Shown: positions 27,605 through 38,608, counted from the whole stretch's first letter. The stretch: DNA of 63,998 nt, filler included, from an uncultured bacterium (GCA_964371695.1; 6 parts of 6 records of this genome joined end to end with filler, not necessarily neighbours in it); one strand, 5' to 3'. Translations and numbers: made by a program. Notes: generated from the letters alone by a model not told the origin.

Positions 27605-28669
27605 GTGACTTCCGCCTTTGCCCCTTTGCCCGATCGTCTGAAATCCTGGCTGCGGCAACAGGGGCATGACCCGGACAGCCTCCCCCTCACCCCCATGGCC
27701 GGCGCGGGCAGCGGCAAGCGGTTCTGGCGCATTGGCCCGCCAGGGCAAAGCCGTGTGCTGATGCTCAACGACACCCCCGAACAGGGCCACCGGGGCCTGA
27801 ACGAAAATCACAGCTTTCTGCACGTTCACCGGGCGCTTTTGCTGGCGGGGGCCCCCGTGCCCACGCTGTTTGCCGCCTGGCTCGCACAAAACGCCTTTTT
27901 GCTGCAAGACCTGGGCGACACCACCCTCACGCCCCTGCTCAAAACCGCCACAGCCTCAGCCCCCCTGGCCCGGCGCGCCGTGGCCCTGCTGGCCCAGGTG
28001 CAGGTGCGGGGCCGGCCCCATCTCAATCTCAGCGCCCTGCACAACAACCCCTACGACGCCGCTTTCATGCGTGAGCGCGAAAGTGGTTATTTCCTCTCCA
28101 TGTGGCTGGAGGGCTGGCTGGGGGAGTCTCCCGGCCCGGCCCTGTTGCAGGAGCTGGACAATCTGGCCGAGACGGCGGGCCGCGTGGGGGGCGACCTGCT
28201 GCTCTACCGGGATTTCCAGAGCAGCAACCTCATGCTCACGCCATCGGGGGCGCTGGTGCTGGTGGATTTTCAGGGGGCGCGCACCGGCCCGCCCCACTAT
28301 GACTTGGCCAGTTTTCTCTACGACGCCTACACGGGTTTTTCACCGGCCACACGGGCGCAACTGATGAAAGATTATCAACACGCCTTGTCGCAAGAGGGCG
28401 CGGCCCCCCGCCTGCTGCAAACATTTGAAGAGGATTTCCCCCTGCTGGCGGCGCACCGGGCCATGCAGGCAGTGGGGGCCTTTGCCAAACTCAGCCGTGT
28501 GGACGGCAAATGGGCCTATGCCGAATTTCTTCCGGTGATGCTTCAAAACCTGTCAGAAATTCTCTCGGCCCCCGTGTTTGACAGGACCCCACTGCTGCGG
28601 GCGCTGGTGCGGGGTGTGCTGGCAAAAGGCTGCCTCGGTCCACAGGATTGTTTCAAAAGTTCCTCCTGA
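27605..28669 (+). CDS. APH-family phosphotransferase, AmgK-like anomeric sugar kinase
   Basis: GAGSGKRFWR, LLQDLGD, YRDFQSSNLM, VDFQGARTGP, YDLASFLYD. Confidence 0.85.
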   Translation: MTSAFAPLPDRLKSWLRQQGHDPDSLPLTPMAGAGSGKRFWRIGPPGQSRVLMLNDTPEQGHRGLNENHSFLHVHRALLLAGAPVPTLFAAWLAQNAFLLQDLGDTTLTPLLKTATASAPLARRAVALLAQVQVRGRPHLNLSALHNNPYDAAFMRERESGYFLSMWLEGWLGESPGPALLQELDNLAETAGRVGGDLLLYRDFQSSNLMLTPSGALVLVDFQGARTGPPHYDLASFLYDAYTGFSPATRAQLMKDYQHALSQEGAAPRLLQTFEEDFPLLAAHRAMQAVGAFAKLSRVDGKWAYAEFLPVMLQNLSEILSAPVFDRTPLLRALVRGVLAKGCLGPQDCFKSSS

Positions 28670-28765
28670 ACTTTTGCAACCACCGCCTTCGGGGGCCAAG
28701 CCCCCTCGGCGGGCTGCACGCGACCTCCTGTCGCGTGGGGCCTTGATGTTCGAAGCAGTTAGCGC

Positions 28766-28836
28766 GGGAGGTCTTTTGGGGCTGCGGCAGCATATTGATG
28801 CTGCCGGGCGCGCCCAGCGGCACGACAGTGCCGGGG
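28766..28836. repeat. 71-nt two-hairpin dispersed repeat, copy 2
   Basis: 65/71 identical to reverse complement of 16717-16787. Confidence 0.85.
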
Positions 28837-29010
28837 CAAAATATGAACGAAAATCAAATTTTGGTTGTTTTTACATCGCCCTCACCCGGCAGTTTCGCGC
28901 TTCGCGCTCAGGCGGGCGAGACGCCCGCCCTACTCCACCGCGCCACCCTCTCCCATGCAAAGCACGGGAGAGGGAACTGTTTCGATGTGCATAAATTTCT
29001 TCAAAATGAA

Positions 29011-29943
29011 CTATTCCCGCCACACCAGCACGGGCCACAGGGCAAACAGGCCCGCCAGCAGCGTGGCGGCGGGGGGCCACAGCAGGCCCCCCGGCACTGG
29101 CTCAAAACCCCGCAGGCCCACCAGAAAACCCAGCAGCCCCGCCAGCCCGGCCCCCATCACGGTGGCCAGCAGCAGCATCAGCATCATGTTGAGCTTGCGC
29201 AGGGGCGCGCCCCCTTCGCCCACCGGCGGCAGCGGCCCCACGCCAAAAGGCCGTGAAAACTCGCCGGGGGGCGCGTCTGCCGCCTGCCACAGCGACAACA
29301 CCTGATGCAGATGGGCCTGCTGCTGGCGGTTGGCCGTGGCGTCCAGCCCCTCGCCCGATGAAAAACAGATTTCCCGGTCCTCTCCCAGTCCCTGATCCTG
29401 TACCCGCAGGCACACCGTGGGGGTGGTGAAAAAATCGGGCATGGTGAAGCCCCAGTCCACCCCCGCCACCTGCTGCTGATGCAGCGCAAAACCGTGGTGG
29501 TCGCCCACAAATACCAGCCAGGGGCCCAGAATCTGCAAAAACCCCAGGTCTTCCACCGCCAGGCCATTGTATTGACGCAACACATTCACCGGCGAATAAC
29601 CCACAAAATGACCGCCAAACCCGGCGGGCAGGCGCTCGTGGCGCTCCAGGTGATCCAGCAAACTGGCCTTGAGGCGCATCACCCGTTTGCCCACCCGCTC
29701 GTGGCGGAACCACAACACCCCCAGGGGGCCGCTCAGCAGCGCCAGCGTCACGGTGGCCCAGGGCAGGGCGTCGGGCAACACAAAACGGTTGTTGGCCCAG
29801 GCCGCCGCCGTGGCCAGCAGGGCGGGGTAAATGAAAATCTCGGCCAGGGGGGCCAGGGTGAGGCCCATCTGGGCGCGCCGGGTTTCATTCAGAAACCGGT
29901 CCTCGCGGGAGGTGTCCAGAAGCGGGGGCGGCAACGTGTCCAT
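29011..29943 (-). CDS. Hypothetical membrane protein
   Basis: Two N-terminal and two C-terminal hydrophobic helices; follows the methyltransferase gene. Confidence 0.6.
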   Translation of the reverse strand: MDTLPPPLLDTSREDRFLNETRRAQMGLTLAPLAEIFIYPALLATAAAWANNRFVLPDALPWATVTLALLSGPLGVLWFRHERVGKRVMRLKASLLDHLERHERLPAGFGGHFVGYSPVNVLRQYNGLAVEDLGFLQILGPWLVFVGDHHGFALHQQQVAGVDWGFTMPDFFTTPTVCLRVQDQGLGEDREICFSSGEGLDATANRQQQAHLHQVLSLWQAADAPPGEFSRPFGVGPLPPVGEGGAPLRKLNMMLMLLLATVMGAGLAGLLGFLVGLRGFEPVPGGLLWPPAATLLAGLFALWPVLVWRE

Positions 29944-29962
29944 GGTTTGGGGCCAATGCCCC

Positions 29963-30730
29963 TCAGCCCTTTTCCGCCACCACAAACCCCAGGCCATGCA
30001 CCGTGCCCTCGGTGAACCGCTGCCGCCCCATGAGAAACGACATCACATTGCCCTGGCCGAACACGTCAACAAAGTGGCCCACAAAACTGGTCTCGGTGCG
30101 TTCATAAAGGTGATAGGGGTTGTGGGGATTGGGGCCGTCAGCCGCAGCATAGGGCGTGGTGACAATGAGCTGGCCGCCGGGGTTGAGCAGGCTGTGCAGC
30201 AGGGGCGTGAGGGTTTCCTGATCCGCACGGGTGAGGTGCTCAAACAGCTCGATCATCACGATGGTGTCAAAAGGCCCGGCGGGCAGGTTCTGCGGCACGC
30301 GCCCGCACACAAAGGTTCCTTTTTGCGGGTGGCGGAAGTGTTTGTAGCCATACAGGCAACTGTGATAATCGGCCTCCAGGCTCACCACTTCGCTCACCCA
30401 GGGGCTGGCGGCGATGAGGGCGTGGCCGTGGCCGCACCCGGCGGCGAGTTCCAGCACCCGGCCCCGGTAAATCAGGTTGCACACCTGATAACGCCCCCGG
30501 TGACGCCAGGCCACTTTCTCTGGCCCCATCTCGCCGGTGGGGTCTTCGCCGGGGGGCAGCACATCGAGCGCCGCCACACCCAGTGCCGGGTCATCGTGGG
30601 GATAAAACCGCTCCAGGTCGCGCCCGCCCCGCAGCACCCGCCCGCCGCCGTGGGCGGCCACCCACGCCTCAAAGGCCGACAGGTCGCTGTCCGTGACGGG
30701 GCCAGTGTGTTCGGGGGGCGAGGGAGCCAC
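29963..30730 (-). CDS. Class I SAM-dependent methyltransferase
   Basis: HRGRY, VLELAAGCGHG, FDTIVMIELFEHL, LNPGGQLIVTTP, NPYHLYE. Confidence 0.85.
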   Translation of the reverse strand: MAPSPPEHTGPVTDSDLSAFEAWVAAHGGGRVLRGGRDLERFYPHDDPALGVAALDVLPPGEDPTGEMGPEKVAWRHRGRYQVCNLIYRGRVLELAAGCGHGHALIAASPWVSEVVSLEADYHSCLYGYKHFRHPQKGTFVCGRVPQNLPAGPFDTIVMIELFEHLTRADQETLTPLLHSLLNPGGQLIVTTPYAAADGPNPHNPYHLYERTETSFVGHFVDVFGQGNVMSFLMGRQRFTEGTVHGLGFVVAEKG

Positions 30731-30957
30731 GGCAGAAGTGTAGCAAGGCGGAGGAGGTTGTGGCGGGGCAGGCATCTCCCCGGACTTATCCCTCTCTCCT
30801 TTATGGGGCTTGTCATGGCCCTCAAGTTGGCGTCATTAACCCCCAAGCGNNNNNNNNNNAGTCAGACATAGACAAAAAAACCTTTTATTTAAATGGCGGG
30901 CGGGGACGCCCGCCCCACTGAAAGAGAACAGAAAAAGGTGTGATGTATTTATTTCCA

Positions 30958-30987
30958 CTGGATTCCCGCTTTCGCGGGAATGACGGC
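30958..30987. repeat. REP family A (dRS3-like ATTCCC-N8-GGGAAT)
   Basis: CTGGATTCCCGCTTTCGCGGGAATGACGGC identical at 45021-45050, 58883-58912, inverted at 35433-35462, degenerate at 44456-44480. Confidence 0.92.
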
Positions 30988-31058
30988 AGAGAACAATTGG
31001 CGCTTTTGTCTTTTCCGACTTCCAGCTTCAAGCCACCAAAGTCCAACCTCTCCTTTTC

Positions 31059-32627
31059 TCAGTTCTGGAGTTTGAAAAAGTCATAACCCAACGCCCACAG
31101 TTCGCCGGGTTTGAGTTCTTTCTCCCACACCACGGTGGTGGTGGGGTTGTCATAGGCATAGCTGCTGCTCACCTCGGTGGCCTTGCCGCCGCTGCTCACG
31201 TTTTCCACGCGGGCCTGCACGGTTTTTTTCACCACCACCTTCACGGCTCGGTTCTTGAGGTTTTTTACCGACAACACGCCTTTGCCCGGCACCCGCAGGC
31301 GGCTGCGCCCCGCCACCGTCACGTCGCGGGCGGCCTCCATGTTCACGTTGTCGTTCGCCTTCAGGGCAAAGTCCAGCGCCCGGCTCACTTCGATTTCGCT
31401 CACCGCACCGGCGGGGGTGTAGTTGAGCGTGCTCTGGGCCACCATGGCCCCTTGCTGCAAAATGGCCACCGGCCCGGTGGTGAGTGGCGCGGCGGCGCTG
31501 TTGGTGAGCTTGATTTTGTGGGTGAGGAACCTGGGGGCGGCGTCTTCTGCGCCCCGGTCGCTCAGGTCGGGCACGTTCCACTCAAACACGTGCTCTTTTT
31601 TGAGGGTTTCGGCAAACACCGTGGCGGAAAACCGCGCGCCGGGTTTCAGGTTGACGGCCTTGCCGTAATAAAGGTGCAGGTCTTCGCGGGAACTGGCGGA
31701 CGCGCCGGGGGTGGCATAGGAACGGTCGTCGTTGTCAAAGTCGCTGGCGGCATAGGCGTTGGTCATGCGCTGGGCGGTGACGTTTTCGCGGCGGTTGCTG
31801 TAACCCCCGGTGTTTTCAATGTCCCGCAGATAATCCGACAGGCTGGTGGCGGTGTGCAGGGCATCACGCTGACCGCTGAACGCCAGGTTGGGCCAGCCCG
31901 CGGCCAGTTCCACCAGAGCGTTTTCCAGGGGCAGGCCCTCGTTAAAAAGCGTGGCTTTCATTTGCAGGTGCGCCTTGTCTTCGCTTGTGAGGTCCAGCAG
32001 ATAGGACGGCGCCCAGGTGTAGCCCCACTCCACGGTGGTGAGGGTGACGCCCGCCGCCGCCGAGCCGGGTTTGAGCGCCACGGTGAGGGGTTGCAGGCGG
32101 TCGTCAAAATCGGGTGAGGGCGTTTGCTGGGGCAGCGTGGGGGCGGTGTCGAAACGCACCTCGCGGATGCTGCCGGCGTCTACCGCCACGGTGCGGTTGT
32201 TGGCCGTTTTCAGCACCACCACCAGGGGCGCGGCGTCTGTCTCGCCGCCGCTGGTATACACCGCCGCCACCACGCCTTCCACCGTGCGGCCATCGCTGTC
32301 CACCACCAGTTGCACATTGCCCGCACCGGGTTTGAGCAGTTGTTTGACCGATTCGATGAGCGGCGGCCTGCTGAACTCCTCTTTGCTGCTGTCAATGCTG
32401 ATCACGCAGCTTGGGTCTTTGGGGCAGGTGAACCACACCGAGCCATGGCGCGTGCGGCCCGGCAAGAGCAGGGTAAAGGTGTCGGCCTGGGGCTTGAGGT
32501 CGTAACGCACCACGGCGTAACCGTTTTTGAACACTTGCAGCCGTGTGGGTTTGGGGGGCGCGCCCGCAAGGGCCGGGGCGGCGCTCATCAGGGCCAGCAG
32601 AGCGAAAAGACGCGGTGTAACGGTCAT
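31059..32627 (-). CDS. Secreted DUF4139-like protein
   Basis: Signal peptide ending ALA, LQVFKNGYA, TWAPSYLLDL, DLHLY, LTTGPV. Confidence 0.75.
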   Translation of the reverse strand: MTVTPRLFALLALMSAAPALAGAPPKPTRLQVFKNGYAVVRYDLKPQADTFTLLLPGRTRHGSVWFTCPKDPSCVISIDSSKEEFSRPPLIESVKQLLKPGAGNVQLVVDSDGRTVEGVVAAVYTSGGETDAAPLVVVLKTANNRTVAVDAGSIREVRFDTAPTLPQQTPSPDFDDRLQPLTVALKPGSAAAGVTLTTVEWGYTWAPSYLLDLTSEDKAHLQMKATLFNEGLPLENALVELAAGWPNLAFSGQRDALHTATSLSDYLRDIENTGGYSNRRENVTAQRMTNAYAASDFDNDDRSYATPGASASSREDLHLYYGKAVNLKPGARFSATVFAETLKKEHVFEWNVPDLSDRGAEDAAPRFLTHKIKLTNSAAAPLTTGPVAILQQGAMVAQSTLNYTPAGAVSEIEVSRALDFALKANDNVNMEAARDVTVAGRSRLRVPGKGVLSVKNLKNRAVKVVVKKTVQARVENVSSGGKATEVSSSYAYDNPTTTVVWEKELKPGELWALGYDFFKLQN

Positions 32628-32648
32628 GGTTTCCTCCGGGAAAATGCT

Positions 32649-33836
32649 TCAGGAACTCGGCTCAGTTGTAGACGCTTCGGCCTCGACGGCAAGGGGTTCC
32701 GTGGCTGGTTCAAACACCAGCACACGGTGGACCTCCATGTAATGCAGCATGAGCTGTTTGGCGAAACTGAGCAGGGGAATGGCCGTGAGCATGCCCACAA
32801 TGCCCGCCACCTGACCCCCCACCAGCAGGGCGAACACAATCATCAGGGGGTGCAGACCGCTCTCCTGACCCACAATGCGCGGGGCCAGCACCTGGCCCTC
32901 CAGAATTTGCAGACAACCAAAAAAGATGACCACCCCCAGCCACGGATGCCCCGACGTGGCCGCGACAATGATGGGGGGCACGGCCATGATGAGCGGGCCG
33001 ATGTAGGGCAGAAACTCCATGAAAAACGCGATGAAGCCAAACAAAAGGGCATAGGGCACGCCCAGAATGGCCAGCACNNNNNNNNNNGTTGTCACCAGCA
33101 GCGACACGATCAGCGCGAGTTTCACGTAACCCTTGAGGTAATTGACGGTGGCTTTTTCGAGCAGGCCGCTGACGTGTGCGACTTCATCGTGGTGCCGCCG
33201 GGGCACCAGCCGCCAAAAGGCGGCGTGCAGTGTGGCGTAGTCCGACAGGATGTAGGCGATGAGGATGGGCAGCAAAATGAGATAGGGCAGCGTGCCCGCC
33301 AGCCGCCCGCCAAAAGCCGCCAGGCCGCTGGCGAAGTTGCCCAGATAGGGCTTGGCATAGGCCATGAGTTCTTCCTGATCGGGCAGGTGGCCGTCGGGGT
33401 TCACAAACTGGAGCATCTTGCGGATTTTGGGGCGCTCGCGGATTTGGGCGTCCCACTCGTCGAGATATTGGGGCAGGTTGTCGCCCCATTTCTTGAGGCT
33501 CTCCACGGCGTTTTCGCCCTGGCTGATGAGTTGGGGCACGGCCAGTTGTCCCACCAGCGCCACCGCGCCGCCAAACACGAGAAACACCACCAGCACCGCC
33601 AGCCCCCTGGGCAGGCGCAGTTTTTGCAGGCGCACCACCAGCGGGTTGAGGGTGTAGCTGATGAGATAGGCCAGCAGAAAAACGAACACCACCTCGCGGG
33701 TGTAAAACAGCAGCAGCCCCAGGGCCGCGCAAAACACCAGCCACACCCGGTGCTCGGCAATGCGCTGGGCCAGCGTGGGAGCCGCCGGGGGCGGCTCGCC
33801 CGCGCCGGGGGGTGCGGTCTGTGTGGGGGAATCCAC
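32649..33836 (-). CDS. AI-2E (PerM) family transporter (10-N gap inside)
   Basis: YTLNPLV, FLPYIGP, LEGQVLAPRIVG, GLHPL, GMLTAIP. Confidence 0.92.
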   Translation of the reverse strand: MDSPTQTAPPGAGEPPPAAPTLAQRIAEHRVWLVFCAALGLLLFYTREVVFVFLLAYLISYTLNPLVVRLQKLRLPRGLAVLVVFLVFGGAVALVGQLAVPQLISQGENAVESLKKWGDNLPQYLDEWDAQIRERPKIRKMLQFVNPDGHLPDQEELMAYAKPYLGNFASGLAAFGGRLAGTLPYLILLPILIAYILSDYATLHAAFWRLVPRRHHDEVAHVSGLLEKATVNYLKGYVKLALIVSLLVTXXXXVLAILGVPYALLFGFIAFFMEFLPYIGPLIMAVPPIIVAATSGHPWLGVVIFFGCLQILEGQVLAPRIVGQESGLHPLMIVFALLVGGQVAGIVGMLTAIPLLSFAKQLMLHYMEVHRVLVFEPATEPLAVEAEASTTEPSS

Positions 33837-33841
33837 GGGGG

Positions 33842-34006
33842 GATTATAAGAGTCTGGTCAAAAATTGCGCCATGCGGGCCATGAATGGCCCGCCTCAAAA
33901 ACCGAAGTGTTGAAAACACTGAGGTTTTTGAGGCGCCGAAGGGGCTTTGCCCCTGAAGGCGTTGGGTTTATAAAGTCCACAACGGACTTTATGAACAGAT
34001 TATAAG
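33842..34006. mobile_element. Degenerate MITE-like hairpin block
   Basis: GATTATAAG at both ends, imperfect TIR TCTGGTCAAAAA / TTTATGAACAGA, internal hairpins incl. CGCCTCAAAAACC/GGTTTTTGAGGCG. Confidence 0.5.
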
Positions 34007-34126
34007 GCCCCCTGACAAAACTGGTTTTGTTGGGGGTTTAAAATGCAGAGGGGCTGCTTCCATCCTCCGACTTCTTCCCTCCCCCGTCCCTGCTATCCTG
34101 CCCACCTGAAGCAAAAGGAGTGCGCC

Positions 34127-35394
34127 ATGTCCGTCTATCCCCACCTCGAAGCCACAGACCCCGAACTGCTCGCGGCCATCAAAAACGAAGTGGTGCGCCA
34201 GAACAGCACCATCGAGCTGATCGCCAGCGAAAACTTCGTGAGTCGCGCCGTGCTGGAGGCCCAGGGCTCCGTGCTCACCAACAAATATGCCGAGGGCCTG
34301 CCCGGCGCGCGGTATTACGGCGGTTGCGAGTTTGTGGACGTGGCCGAGAATCTGGCCATCGAGCGGGCCAAAAAACTGTTCGGGGCCGAACACGCCGACG
34401 TGCAGCCCCACAGCGGCAGCCAGGCCAACATGAGTGTGTATTTCGCCCTGCTCAAGCCGGGTGACACCATCATGGGCATGAATCTGGCCCACGGCGGCCA
34501 CCTCACCCACGGGGCCAAGGTGAGCATCAGCGGCAAATATTTCAACGTGGTGCCCTATGGCGTGAGCCGGGACACGGGCCGCGTGGACATGGACGAACTG
34601 CACAAACTGGCCCTGGAGCACAAACCNNNNNNNNNNAACCCAAACTCATCATCGCCGGTTACAGCGCCTATCCCAGGGTGCTGGATTTCGCCCGCTTCCG
34701 CGAAATCGCCGACGAAGCGAAGGCGCTGTTGATGTGCGACATGGCGCACTTCGCGGGCCTTTCGGCGGCGGGGGAATATCCCAACCCCGTGCCCCACTGC
34801 CACGTGGTCACCAGCACCACCCACAAAACCCTGCGAGGCCCCCGGGGCGGTTTGGTGCTGTGCAAGGCGGAGTACGCCAAAAAGATAGACAAGGCGGTCT
34901 TCCCCGGCATTCAGGGGGGGCCGCTGATGCACGTCATCGCCGCCAAGGCGGTGGCCTTTGGTGAGGCCCTGCAACCGGCGTTCAAGGATTACGCCCGGCA
35001 GATCATAACCAACGCCCGCGCCATGGCCCGCGTGCTGGGCGAGCGGGGTTTTCACCTCGTGAGCGGCGGCACCGACAACCATCTGGTGCTGGTGGACCTG
35101 AGCAGCAAGGGCATCACCGGCAAAGACGCCGAGGCGGCCCTGGAGCACGTGGGCATCACGGTGAACAAAAACGCCGTGCCCTTTGACGAAAAACCTCCCA
35201 CCATCACCAGCGGTATCCGCATTGGCACACCCGCCATGACCACACGGGGTCTGAACGAAAGCGACGCCGCCCAGGTGGGCCAGTGGATTGCCGACGTGCT
35301 GGAGGCCCCCGCCGATGAAGCGGTTGCAAACCGCGTTCGCAAAGGCGTGGCCGACCTGCTGGCCCGTTATCCGCTGTATACGGATTTGACATAA
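34127..35394 (+). CDS. glyA: Serine hydroxymethyltransferase (frame broken only by N gap 34627-34636)
   Basis: [45 protein letters not shown]. Confidence 0.97.
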
Positions 35395-35589
35395 TCCCCT
35401 TGTAACTGTCCAATCCGTCACTGCGCCTCCCTGCCGTCATTCCCGCGAAAGCGGGAATCCAGTAAGGACAAAAAACAAAAACCAGTTCTNNNNNNNNNNN
35501 NNNNNNNNNNNNNNNNNNNNNNNNNNNNNNNNNTTAATTAATTAANNNNNNNNNNNNNNNNNNNNNNNNNNNNNNNNNNNNNNNNNNNN

Positions 35590-35786
35590 GGGCTGAGGAT
35601 TTCCTTGCCGCCTTCTTCCAGTTCGGTGGTCTGATACAGCTCTTCTTCGATGATGTCGTTGCACAGCTCAATGCATTCGTCGCAGATGTACACGCCGGGG
35701 CCGGCCACCAGCTTTTTCACCATGTCCTGCGATTTGCCGCAGAAACTGCATCGCAGTTTTTCCTGATAGTTGCCGGACTTGAACAT
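35590..35786 (-). CDS. clpX: ClpX N-terminal zinc-binding domain (truncated by contig end)
   Basis: [34 protein letters not shown]. Confidence 0.93.
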
Positions 35787-35934
35787 GAAAACTCCTTTAA
35801 GGCGAATGCCTGCTTACATCTTACAAAAATCCGCCGAGGCGTCAGGGATTTTTAAGATTTCGATAAACGTATTATCCGTCGAAACCCACGTTTTGAGCAA
35901 GTTTTGCTTTTTGCTGCCTGCCACCTTGCGGTTT

Positions 35935-37428
35935 TCAATACGCATTTCGCCTCAGAATCAGCTCCAGAAAGGTCTGAAGATAAATCCGAAGCTCCAGCGT
36001 CCACGACCAGGAATCCTTGTAGAACAGGTCGTAACGGGTGCGTTCCTCGATGCTGGTGTTGCCCCTGAGGCCATTGACCTGCGCCCAGCCGCTGATGCCC
36101 GGCCGCACATGGTGGCGTTCTTCATAACGCCTGATCACGGCGGCAAACTGGTCTACAAAAGCCCGGCGCTCTGGCCGGGGACCGATGAAACTCATCTCGC
36201 CCTTGAGCACGTTGATGAACTGGGGCAGTTCATCCAGGCTCAGGTGTCGCAGCCACTTGCCCACGCGGGTGGTGCGGGGGTCGTCTTCCCGCGCCCACAC
36301 CGGGCCGGTGGCTTCTTCGGCGTTCACGGTCATGCTGCGGAACTTGTGAATGCGGAACGGGCGGCCATTCAGGCCCACGCGCTCCTGGCTGTAAATCACC
36401 GGCCCGCGGTCTTCCAGCCAGATCAAAAAACCGATCACGGCGAACACCGGAGCCAGCGTGAGCATCAGCACCGAAGCCAGGGTGATATCCACGGCGCGCT
36501 TGGCCATGGCGTTGAACCCCGCCAGGGCCGTGGCCCTGGGGCTGAGCACATACACACCCCGAATCGCCTCAAAGCTCACCGGGTCGGGTATGAACTGGTA
36601 AACCTCTGGCAACAGTCGCACCGCCACCCCCAGCTGCATGGCCTGCTGAATAACGGGGGCGCATTCGGCGTGCTGGCTGGCGGGCAGGGCCACGATGACT
36701 TCGTCGGCGGCGTGTTCGGTCACGGCGTGGCGCAGGCTTCCCACGGTGCCCAGGCGGGGCAACAGGCCCTTCAGGTCATCAGCCCCGTCGCTGCGCAGAT
36801 AACCCACTGCGGTGTAACCCGCCTCGGGGTGGCGCAGCAGGCGGCCATAGACAAACCGGGCATGGTTGCCGCTGCCCACAAAAATCACTCGCCGGTTGCC
36901 ATAGCCCTTGGCGTGCAGGTGGTTCACCCAGGTGCTGAGCAGCATCCTGGCCCCCCCCACCCCAAATGGAATGCCCACGGCCATGAGAAACATGAATCCC
37001 CGGCTGTAAGATGCTTCACGGATGAAAAACAGCACGGTGAACAGGGTGAGCAACGTCAGGCCCGTGGTCCGCATCACCCGCACGGTTTCTTCCACACGGG
37101 TGCCCAGCGCGCCGCGATACAACCCCTGCATCCAGGCATAAAAAACCAGCAGGCCCGTAATGCCCAGAATCACAAGTTGATAATTGGCCAGCAATTCCGG
37201 CGTGCGAACTTCTTCTTGTCCGGGACCAAAGTAAAAATGCAGCACATAGGCCAACACCCCCACGCCATAGGTCGTGGCCATGTCCAGGCCAAATCGCGCG
37301 GCGGACACCACGCGCTGCATTTTTTGATGAGACAGCCCCGTGGCCTTGGCCTGTACCGCCAGCTTCTGCCGGTTGATCTGGGCAATGTTGGCGTCTTGCG
37401 CCACGATGGGGGGGGCAGTAGCAGACAT
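35935..37428 (-). CDS. Undecaprenyl-phosphate sugar phosphotransferase (WcaJ-like)
   Basis: KRAVDI, QERVG, KFRSM, DDPRTT, LDELPQFINVLKGEMSFIGPRPER. Confidence 0.93.
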   Translation of the reverse strand: MSATAPPIVAQDANIAQINRQKLAVQAKATGLSHQKMQRVVSAARFGLDMATTYGVGVLAYVLHFYFGPGQEEVRTPELLANYQLVILGITGLLVFYAWMQGLYRGALGTRVEETVRVMRTTGLTLLTLFTVLFFIREASYSRGFMFLMAVGIPFGVGGARMLLSTWVNHLHAKGYGNRRVIFVGSGNHARFVYGRLLRHPEAGYTAVGYLRSDGADDLKGLLPRLGTVGSLRHAVTEHAADEVIVALPASQHAECAPVIQQAMQLGVAVRLLPEVYQFIPDPVSFEAIRGVYVLSPRATALAGFNAMAKRAVDITLASVLMLTLAPVFAVIGFLIWLEDRGPVIYSQERVGLNGRPFRIHKFRSMTVNAEEATGPVWAREDDPRTTRVGKWLRHLSLDELPQFINVLKGEMSFIGPRPERRAFVDQFAAVIRRYEERHHVRPGISGWAQVNGLRGNTSIEERTRYDLFYKDSWSWTLELRIYLQTFLELILRRNAY

Positions 37429-37430
37429 GG

Positions 37431-38543
37431 TTAACAACGGGCCATCCTTGACCGGTGCTGATCACATACTTGGTCGATCAGAGTAAACATTTTAGTTTTA
37501 AACACTGCGGCGTCAAACCCCATGGCGTGCTGGCGTATGGCCTCAGGATTCCACGCCCCTTCCTCCAACCGTTCCACGGCCCGGTTGAGCGCCTCGGGCG
37601 TCTGCTCGTCAAAAAACACGCCCGTCTGGCCATCCTGCACTGTTTCCAGCGCCCCGCCACGGCCAAAAGCCACCACGGGGGCGCCGCTGGCCATGGCCTC
37701 CAGAGGAGTGAGGCCAAAGTCTTCTTCTCCGGGGAACACAAATCCCTTCGCTCGGCTGAGGTAATCCACGACATCTCTATCGTCCATGTATCCCAGAACT
37801 TTTACATTCTGTTTTGCTTTTTCTCTTATTTGCTCCAGTTGGGGCCCGCCCCCGATCACCACCAGGGGGCGTCCGCTCTGGTTAAACGCGTCTACGGCCA
37901 GATCCACCCGTTTGTAACCCACCAAGCGCCCCATACACAGATAAAAATCCTCTTTCTGTTCACTCAAACAGAACGATTCTCCCCGAATGGGGCTGTGGAT
38001 CACCGTGCTCTCACGCCGGTAATACTTCTCGATGCGCCGGGCCACATTATGCGAATTGGCCACAAAATGGTCCACCCGTGCGGCAGCGGCATAATCGTGT
38101 AGTCTTAAATAGTTCATAACAAAAGGAAGAAGGGCACGCACCAGACGCCCCGGGTTCTCCCGGTTCAGATACTCATGAAAAAATCCCCACCCATAACGCA
38201 TGGGACTGTGGACAAAACAGATGTGGGGGGTTTCGGGCCGGGTGATGACACTTTTGGCAGAGCTGTGATGGCTGGACAGCACCAAGTCATATTCGGTCAA
38301 ATCAAACTGTTCAAAAGCAAACGGAAACAAGGGGATCATGTGCTGGTGCTTTTTCAGCGCCCCTGGCAGCTTCTGCAAAAAACTGGTGCGGATGTCGTAA
38401 TCCCGAAACCGGGCGGGCATCCTGTCCCGGTCATAGAGCGCCGTGAAAATGGGGGCCTCAGGGAACATCTCGTGAAACACCTCGGCCACCAGATCCGAGC
38501 CGCCCCAGGTCACCAGAAATTCATGGACAAGCGCGATTTTCAC
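37431..38543 (-). CDS. GT4 glycosyltransferase (WbaZ-like)
   Basis: MKIALVHE, HSPMRY, GRLVGYKRVD, EEDFGLTPLEAMASG. Confidence 0.92.
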   Translation of the reverse strand: MKIALVHEFLVTWGGSDLVAEVFHEMFPEAPIFTALYDRDRMPARFRDYDIRTSFLQKLPGALKKHQHMIPLFPFAFEQFDLTEYDLVLSSHHSSAKSVITRPETPHICFVHSPMRYGWGFFHEYLNRENPGRLVRALLPFVMNYLRLHDYAAAARVDHFVANSHNVARRIEKYYRRESTVIHSPIRGESFCLSEQKEDFYLCMGRLVGYKRVDLAVDAFNQSGRPLVVIGGGPQLEQIREKAKQNVKVLGYMDDRDVVDYLSRAKGFVFPGEEDFGLTPLEAMASGAPVVAFGRGGALETVQDGQTGVFFDEQTPEALNRAVERLEEGAWNPEAIRQHAMGFDAAVFKTKMFTLIDQVCDQHRSRMARC

Positions 38544-38608
38544 AGCCGGACCCCCTGCCCTGTTTCGGCAGAAAACACTCCCTGATTAACGTCCATGGAC
38601 AAACCCGC

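Noticed and set aside
34627..34636. Apparent frameshift in glyA (similar breaks at 33078, 50104, 57529)
   Set aside because: Coincides with 10-N scaffold gaps of arbitrary length; not a pseudogene or programmed frameshift
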